Source: Candidatus Levyibacteriota bacterium
Lineage (GTDB): Bacteria; Patescibacteriota; Microgenomatia; Levybacterales; UBA12049
Length of the DNA stretch: 64,000 nt
Direction: 5' to 3'
NCBI GenBank assembly: GCA_016432345.1
Contig: CP066685.1
Coordinates: 240,236 to 304,235 of the forward strand
Position numbers and translations under genes: made by a program. The notes beneath the pieces are model-generated. The model searched no databases. It had not been told where the DNA came from and saw only the letters and a list, made by a program, of their open reading frames with translations. Positions 58,222-64,000 of this stretch are shown here, one piece after another (position 1 is the stretch's first letter; every line of letters starts with the position of its first letter).

Positions 58222-58646
58222 GTATTGCAAAAATTGAGGATGCAAAAAAAGTTACAACATACGACCCAGATAAAAATGTAAATGGTTCTCTTGTCGAATT
58301 ATATAAAGATGGAGATAAAACAGTTGCGTATTTGACTTCTGTAAAACAGGGAATGTTTAAGGGATACCATTTGCATAGGGTGCGGGCAGCGCGATACGCG
58401 CCATTAAAAGGAAAAATGAAAATTATTCTTTACAGGCCAGGATCAAATGAGAAAGAGGAGTACATTCTTGATGCAGAAAATCCCCAAAGACTGTTTATTC
58501 CAAAAGATATTGCAACAGGACTTGAATGTATTGGAAATGAAGAAGCCTGGCTGATTAATTATCCCAATCCTCCTTATGATCCAAGTCTTAAAGATGAGCA
58601 AGTTGAATATACAGAAGAAGAGTTGGAAAAAGGTATTGTAAAGTAA
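58218..58646 (+). CDS. RmlC-like cupin (sugar epimerase/isomerase family)
   Basis: Small cupin with NGSLVELYK...KGYHLHR. Located between the thymidylyltransferase and the 4,6-dehydratase. Confidence 0.5.
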   Translation: MSIAKIEDAKKVTTYDPDKNVNGSLVELYKDGDKTVAYLTSVKQGMFKGYHLHRVRAARYAPLKGKMKIILYRPGSNEKEEYILDAENPQRLFIPKDIATGLECIGNEEAWLINYPNPPYDPSLKDEQVEYTEEELEKGIVK

Positions 58647-58649
58647 TGT

Positions 58650-59666
58650 ATGAGACTTCTAGTAACTGGCGGCGCGGGGTTTATTGGATCAAATTTTATA
58701 CTCTATTGGCTTAAGCAATATCCGCAAGATAAAATCATAAATTTTGATAAATTAACTTACGCTGGCAATTTAGAAAATCTTGAAGAGATAGAAAAAAATC
58801 CATCTTACACGTTTATTCAAGGAGATATTTGCGATGCAAGACAAGTGGATAGCGCAATGAAAGGAATAGATGTGGTGGCGCATTTTGCCGCAGAAAGCCA
58901 TGTTGACCGTTCAATCATGGAGCCAGCATCATTTGTGATGACAAATACGGCGGGTACACAGGTGCTTCTTGATGCAGCAGTAAAAAATAAGGTAAAGAAA
59001 TTTCATCATGTTTCAACAGATGAAGTATACGGTTCGCTTGATCTTAATAATTTGAGTAAGTTTAATGAACAAACACTTTATGATCCCAGAAGTCCATATT
59101 CAGCTAGTAAAGCTGGGTCAGACCATTTGGTTAGAGCATATCATGCAACTTTTGGGTTACCAATTACAATTACAAATTGTTCAAATAATTTTGGGCCATA
59201 CCAATTTCCAGAGAAGCTTATTCCACTTGCAATTACAAATATTTTGGAAGGTAAAAAAGTGCCGGTATATGGGGACGGGTTGTATGTTAGGGATTGGTTG
59301 TATGTCGAAGATCATTGCCGGGCAATTGATTTGGTTTTGCAAAAGGGAAAAATTGGAGAGACATATTGTGTTGGCGGGTTAACGGAGGATATTAATAACT
59401 TGGCAATTATAAAGAAAATTTTGTCTCTTCTTGGAAAAGATGAAGAGTTTATAGAATTTGTCAAAGACAGACCAGGACATGATAGAAGGTATGCTGTTGA
59501 TTGGTCAAAAATTAAAAATGAGCTTGGTTGGGAGCCAGCGCATAATTTTGATGAATGGCTTGAAAAGACTATAGAATGGTATAAAACTCACGTAAGTTGG
59601 TGGAAACGGGTAAAAAGCGGCGAGTATCAGGAGTATTACAAAAAGCAATATAACATGCTACAATAA
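58650..59666 (+). CDS. rfbB: dTDP-glucose 4,6-dehydratase
   Basis: VTGGAGFIGSNF, HFAAESHVDRS, STDEVYG, and YSASKAGSDHLVRAY. Confidence 0.9.
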   Translation: MRLLVTGGAGFIGSNFILYWLKQYPQDKIINFDKLTYAGNLENLEEIEKNPSYTFIQGDICDARQVDSAMKGIDVVAHFAAESHVDRSIMEPASFVMTNTAGTQVLLDAAVKNKVKKFHHVSTDEVYGSLDLNNLSKFNEQTLYDPRSPYSASKAGSDHLVRAYHATFGLPITITNCSNNFGPYQFPEKLIPLAITNILEGKKVPVYGDGLYVRDWLYVEDHCRAIDLVLQKGKIGETYCVGGLTEDINNLAIIKKILSLLGKDEEFIEFVKDRPGHDRRYAVDWSKIKNELGWEPAHNFDEWLEKTIEWYKTHVSWWKRVKSGEYQEYYKKQYNMLQ

Positions 59667-59675
59667 TACATTATT

Positions 59676-60971
59676 ATGATAATAACTTTTGTCGGGCATG
59701 GGTATGTGGGGCTTGTTTCTGCTTCTATTTTTGCTGATTTAGGAAATACGGTTTGGGTAATTGGTCACACAGCGGAAAAAGTCGAAAACCTTAAAAAAGG
59801 CATAATTCCAATTTACGAGCCAGGACTGGATGAAATTGTTAAAAGAAATGTAAAAGCAAAACGGTTACTGTTTACTTTAGACTACGACGAGGCAATTCCT
59901 CAATCAGAAGTTGTTTTTATTGCCGTTGGCACTCCTCCAAAATCAACTGGAGAAGCAGATTTGTCGGTTGTATATGAAGTTGCAAAAAAAGTTGGAAAAT
60001 ATCTTGATGGATATACGGTTGTTATTACTAAAAGCACAGTTCCCGTTGGCACTAACTTTGAAGTTAAAAAAATTATTGAAGAAGTTATACCGCAAAAGGC
60101 CACTTTTGATGTAGCATCGGTGCCTGAATTTTTACGGGAAGGACAGGCAATTTCTGACACATTGCATCCAGATAGAATAATTATTGGTACAGAAACAAAA
60201 AAAGCAGAAGAAAAACTTGTGGAATTACACAAACCAATAGATGGGGTAATGGTTTTAACTAATATCAAAACTGCAGAGATGATAAAATATGCCGCAAATG
60301 CATTTTTAGCGACAAAAATTTCGTTTGCCAATGCCATAGCCCAACTTTGTGAAATAACAGGAGCAGACGGGTTGGCAGTGCTTGAGGGTATTGGTTTGGA
60401 CAAGCGCATTGGAAAATCATTTCTTTCTCCAGGAGCTGGTTACGGAGGAAGTTGTTTCCCCAAAGATGTAAAAGCATTAATTGCTATTGCAAAACAACAT
60501 GGATACGATTTTGCCCTTCTTAAAGAAGTAGAAAATATTAATAAACAAGCCGTAAATCAGATTGTTTCTAAAGTAAAACGACTATTAAATAATGATGTAG
60601 AAAATAAAACAATTGGTATTTTAGGATTATCATTTAAACCAGACACCGATGATATGAGAGACGCGCCATCTATTATTATTGTTCGTAAATTACAGGAGAT
60701 GGGCGCAAAGATAAAAGCCTATGATCCAATTGCGGTGGAAAAATCCAAGAATATCTTAAAAGGAATTACCTATTATAAAGATTCTTACGAAGTGGCTAAA
60801 GATTTAGATATTTTAATTATTATGACAGAGTGGAATGAGTTTAGACAATTAGATTTAGGAAAAATAAAATCTCTTATGAAGCAACCGATACTTATTGACG
60901 GTCGAAATATTTACGAACCCCAACAAGCAAAAGAGCTTGGATTTGTCTACCAAGGTGTTGGTAGATCGTAA
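59676..60971 (+). CDS. ugd: UDP-glucose 6-dehydrogenase
   Basis: GHGYVGL Rossmann fold, catalytic GGSCFPKD, and the C-terminal UDP-binding domain. Confidence 0.9.
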   Translation: MIITFVGHGYVGLVSASIFADLGNTVWVIGHTAEKVENLKKGIIPIYEPGLDEIVKRNVKAKRLLFTLDYDEAIPQSEVVFIAVGTPPKSTGEADLSVVYEVAKKVGKYLDGYTVVITKSTVPVGTNFEVKKIIEEVIPQKATFDVASVPEFLREGQAISDTLHPDRIIIGTETKKAEEKLVELHKPIDGVMVLTNIKTAEMIKYAANAFLATKISFANAIAQLCEITGADGLAVLEGIGLDKRIGKSFLSPGAGYGGSCFPKDVKALIAIAKQHGYDFALLKEVENINKQAVNQIVSKVKRLLNNDVENKTIGILGLSFKPDTDDMRDAPSIIIVRKLQEMGAKIKAYDPIAVEKSKNILKGITYYKDSYEVAKDLDILIIMTEWNEFRQLDLGKIKSLMKQPILIDGRNIYEPQQAKELGFVYQGVGRS

Positions 60972-60974
60972 TAC

Positions 60975-61934
60975 ATGACAAAAGCATTAATTACAGGCAT
61001 ATCGGGATTTGCGGGTAGTTTTCTGGCAGAATACTTAATTTCCCTGAAAAAATATAAAGTAAGCGGTACATATTTGGTTTCGGGTAGCCTTAAAAACCTT
61101 TCTTCCGTAAAAGATAATTTGGAATTAACACAAGTTGATCTGATAAATCAAGAGGGCATTGAGCAGCTTATAGAAAGGGAGCGCCCTGATGTTATATTTC
61201 ATCTTGCAGCTTTACCTGGAGTTGGATCAAGTTTTGATAAACCTGCAGAAACAATTATTAATAATGTTGCTGCGCAAGTGCATCTTTTAGAAGCTATTAG
61301 AAAAGCAGAGCTTTTTGATTGTCGAATTCTTGTTGTCTCTTCGGCAGATGTATATGGAAAAATAGCAAAAGAGGATTTACCTATAGATGAGGAAACCAAA
61401 TTTTATCCAAGCAGCAGCTACGCTGTTTCTAAAATAACGCAAGATTTTTTGGGGCTACAGTATTTTTTGTCGTACAATATGAAGATTATTCGCGCGCGGC
61501 CGTTTAATCATGTTGGTCCGCGTCAATCATCGGGTTTTGTTATTGCAGATTTTGCGCAAAAAATAGCCAAGATAGAAAAAGGATTGCAAGAGCCGATACT
61601 TAACGTTGGAAACCTGGAAGCCCGGCGAGATTTTACCGATGTAAGAGATATGGTGCGGGCGTATGAACTTTTGATTAGTCTTGGTAAGACAGGAGATGTA
61701 TATAATATTGGTTATGGTAAATCATATAAAATTTCAAAGATATTACAAATGTTTCTTTCAATCACGAGAGTAAAAATAACAATACGAAAAGACCAAAGCC
61801 TTCTTCGGCCCCAGGATTTATTAGAGCGTGTATGTGATAATAGCAAGTTTGTAAAGCTAACAGGTTGGAAGCCAGAGATTACTTTAGAACAAACGTTAAA
61901 AGATACTCTGGATTACTGGAGAGATATCGTTTAG
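60975..61934 (+). CDS. rmd: GDP-4-dehydro-6-deoxy-D-mannose reductase-like SDR (Rmd-type)
   Basis: ITGISGFAGSFLAEYL and YAVSK. Adjacent to gmd. Confidence 0.65.
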   Translation: MTKALITGISGFAGSFLAEYLISLKKYKVSGTYLVSGSLKNLSSVKDNLELTQVDLINQEGIEQLIERERPDVIFHLAALPGVGSSFDKPAETIINNVAAQVHLLEAIRKAELFDCRILVVSSADVYGKIAKEDLPIDEETKFYPSSSYAVSKITQDFLGLQYFLSYNMKIIRARPFNHVGPRQSSGFVIADFAQKIAKIEKGLQEPILNVGNLEARRDFTDVRDMVRAYELLISLGKTGDVYNIGYGKSYKISKILQMFLSITRVKITIRKDQSLLRPQDLLERVCDNSKFVKLTGWKPEITLEQTLKDTLDYWRDIV

Positions 61935-61951
61935 AATAATATCTAAATAAC

Positions 61952-62929
61952 ATGAAAAAAGCACTTATTACCGGAATTACAGGGCAAGACGGATCATATT
62001 TGGCAGAATTTCTTTTGGAAAAAGGGTATAAAGTTTACGGATTAACTAGAAGAACCAGCACGGTAAATAATGAGCGAATTGCGCACATTCAAGATCGTAT
62101 AACGTTGGTTCAGGGCGATCTTTTGGATCAGAGTTCTCTTTCAGCCGCGCTTATGGAAACAGAGCCAGATGAGGTTTATAATCTTGCTGCGCAGTCCTTT
62201 GTTAAAACTTCATGGAATCAGCCTGTGCTTACAGGAGAGTTTACAGCTTTAGGAGTAACAAGACTTCTTGAGGCAATAAGGACAATCAATTCAAAGATAA
62301 AGTTTTATCAAGCTTCGTCGTCTGAAATGTTTGGCAAAGTTACAGAAACACCCCAAAAAGAGACAACTAGATTTCATCCCCGAAGTCCATATGGAGTCGC
62401 TAAGGTTTATGGGCATTATATTACGGTTAATTATAGAGAAAGTTTTGGGATATTTGCATGTTCTGGAATTTTGTTTAATCACGAGTCTCCCAGAAGAGGT
62501 TTAGAGTTTGTTACCAGAAAAATTACTCGTGCAGTTGCTAGGATAGTTTTGGGAAAACAAGATAAATTAGAGCTTGGCGACCTTAATCCTAAAAGAGATT
62601 GGGGGTTTGCAGGCGATTATGTGGAGGCAATGTGGTTGATGCTGCAGCAGGAGAAAGCCGATGATTATGTAATTGCAACTGGAGAAAATCATTCCGTTTC
62701 GGAATTTGTGGAATTGGCGTTTCAGGCTGTTGACATAAGTGATTGGAAGAAGTATGTTGCGGCAAATAAAACTGAACATCTGCGTCCTGCAGAGGTGGAT
62801 TATTTAATTGGAGATTATAGTAAAGCAAAAAAAGTTCTTGGATGGAAGCCAAAAACAAACTTTAAACAATTAGTAGACATGATGGTTCGTGCTGATGTGA
62901 AAATGGAAAAAGGAAATGGAAAAGCATAA
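61952..62929 (+). CDS. gmd: GDP-mannose 4,6-dehydratase
   Basis: [37 protein letters not shown], and FNHESPRRG. Confidence 0.92.
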   Translation: MKKALITGITGQDGSYLAEFLLEKGYKVYGLTRRTSTVNNERIAHIQDRITLVQGDLLDQSSLSAALMETEPDEVYNLAAQSFVKTSWNQPVLTGEFTALGVTRLLEAIRTINSKIKFYQASSSEMFGKVTETPQKETTRFHPRSPYGVAKVYGHYITVNYRESFGIFACSGILFNHESPRRGLEFVTRKITRAVARIVLGKQDKLELGDLNPKRDWGFAGDYVEAMWLMLQQEKADDYVIATGENHSVSEFVELAFQAVDISDWKKYVAANKTEHLRPAEVDYLIGDYSKAKKVLGWKPKTNFKQLVDMMVRADVKMEKGNGKA

Positions 62930-62932
62930 ATT

Positions 62933-63904
62933 ATGCAGAGCGTTTTGGTTTCTGGCGGGGCAGGATTTATAGGTTATCATCTTTGTAAACTTCTTTTAGA
63001 GAAAATTTTTGAAGTCTATTGTGTAGATAATTTTCTTACCGGATCACAAGAAAATATTGCTTCATTATCAAAAAATTCACATTTTCATTTTATAGAAAAA
63101 GACGTGACGGAAAGAGAAGTGTGTAATGTGTTTGAGGCTATATCTTTTTCAGCAGTTTTTCATCTTGCTTCCCCAGCTTCCCCCAACAAAAAAAGTCCAA
63201 GAAGCTATATCGCTTACCCAATTGAGACATTATTAGTTAATTCAATTGGCACGCAAAATATGCTAGAAATAGCAAAAAAACATAAATCTAAATTTCTTTT
63301 TACTTCATCATCAGAGGTGTATGGAGATCCAGCTATTACACCTCAAAAAGAAGATTACTTTGGAAATGTAAATCCAAATGGTGTTAGATCTGTATATGAT
63401 GAAGCAAAGCGCTTTGGGGAAGCAATAACAATGGCGTATGTGCGAAAATTTAATATGGATTGTCGTATTGTCAGAATTTTTAATACATATGGTCCTAATA
63501 TGCAAAAGGATGATGGCAGAGTTGTTTCTAATTTTATTAACCAGGCATTAGAAAATAAAGATATCACAATTTATGGTGATGGGATGCAAACGCGAAGTTT
63601 TTGCTATGTTGATGATATGGTTTTAGGTTTAACTAAAGCTCTTTTTATAGATAAATCAAAAGGAGAAGTAATTAATTTAGGGAATCCAGACAAGCGAACC
63701 ATAGCGGAACTTGCTACAATAATTAAAGATCTAACCATGTCTCAATCAAAAATTATCTATGAATCATTGCCAGAAGACGATCCAAAAGAGAGAAAACCAG
63801 ATATTAAAAAAGCGCAAAGCCTTCTTGGGTGGCAACCGAATATGGCGCTTAACGATGGACTTAGAAAAACAATAGTCTATTTTAGACAAATTAGACAAAC
63901 ATGA
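62933..63904 (+). CDS. uxs: UDP-glucuronate decarboxylase (UDP-xylose synthase)
   Basis: SGGAGFIGYHL, SSSEVYGDP...PQKEDYFGNVNPNGVRSVYDEAKR, and RIFNTYGP. Confidence 0.85.
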   Translation: MQSVLVSGGAGFIGYHLCKLLLEKIFEVYCVDNFLTGSQENIASLSKNSHFHFIEKDVTEREVCNVFEAISFSAVFHLASPASPNKKSPRSYIAYPIETLLVNSIGTQNMLEIAKKHKSKFLFTSSSEVYGDPAITPQKEDYFGNVNPNGVRSVYDEAKRFGEAITMAYVRKFNMDCRIVRIFNTYGPNMQKDDGRVVSNFINQALENKDITIYGDGMQTRSFCYVDDMVLGLTKALFIDKSKGEVINLGNPDKRTIAELATIIKDLTMSQSKIIYESLPEDDPKERKPDIKKAQSLLGWQPNMALNDGLRKTIVYFRQIRQT

Positions 63905-64000
63905 AAGTTATCATTATTATTCCAACATACAACGAAAAGGGGAATATAGAGCGTCTCATTGAGATTTTGCAAAATGATGTTTTTCCTAACATAAAAAATC
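63901..64000 (+). CDS. Family 2 glycosyltransferase, N-terminal fragment (runs off the window)
   Basis: MKVIIIIPTYNEKGNIERLIE is typical of a GT2/Dpm1-like N-terminus. ATGA overlap with the uxs stop. Confidence 0.6.
   Translation, partial: MKVIIIIPTYNEKGNIERLIEILQNDVFPNIKN

Overview
AT-rich, gene-dense bacterial segment, mostly + strand, with many 4-11 nt gene overlaps. The gene content suggests, by inference only, a Candidate Phyla Radiation/Patescibacteria (Microgenomates-like) genome. Supporting traits: class I LysRS, a DapL-type lysine/DAP operon, an archaeal-type PPAT fused to a DUF359-like domain, a short RNase P RNA, pilin-like and many small membrane proteins, and a truncated TsaB. 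The standard genetic code applies (TGA is used as a stop, and RF2 is present). Housekeeping content: recX (partial), rny, hup, an ABC-2 transporter, rnpB, a UvrD-type helicase-nuclease with rmuC, t6A genes (tsaD; tsaE-tsaC-tsaB), greA, lysC-dapB-dapA-asd-dapL-lysA-lysK, rdgB, serS, secA, a fused transketolase, prfB, ftsEX plus a coiled-coil hydrolase, and a nucleotide-sugar cluster (dTDP-, UDP- and GDP- branches). Most notable observations: (1) A decayed type V-A CRISPR-Cas locus. A 20-codon cas12a 5' remnant (38035-38094) and one orphan Cas12a-type repeat (44706-44741) bracket a 6.6 kb type I R-M island. The island carries hsdR, a Zn-ribbon mini-gene, an HsdM-HsdS fusion and three uncharacterised small genes (TM / GIY-YIG-like / TM). 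(2) A 32-33 nt palindromic element is present three times. Two copies sit in-frame inside CDSs (the transketolase inter-domain linker and tsaE), both translated as RSHLVQGATLT, which recalls Rickettsia palindromic elements. (3) An SD-driven poly-lysine mini-ORF (MAKKKKKKKK), nested hairpins and an intrinsic terminator lie upstream of an SD-less secA. (4) A TrpR/YerC-like regulator is flanked by two copies of a 21-nt palindromic box. (5) Several heptanucleotide tandem repeats lie inside or at the starts of genes. No tRNA, rRNA, transposase or integrase genes were recognised.
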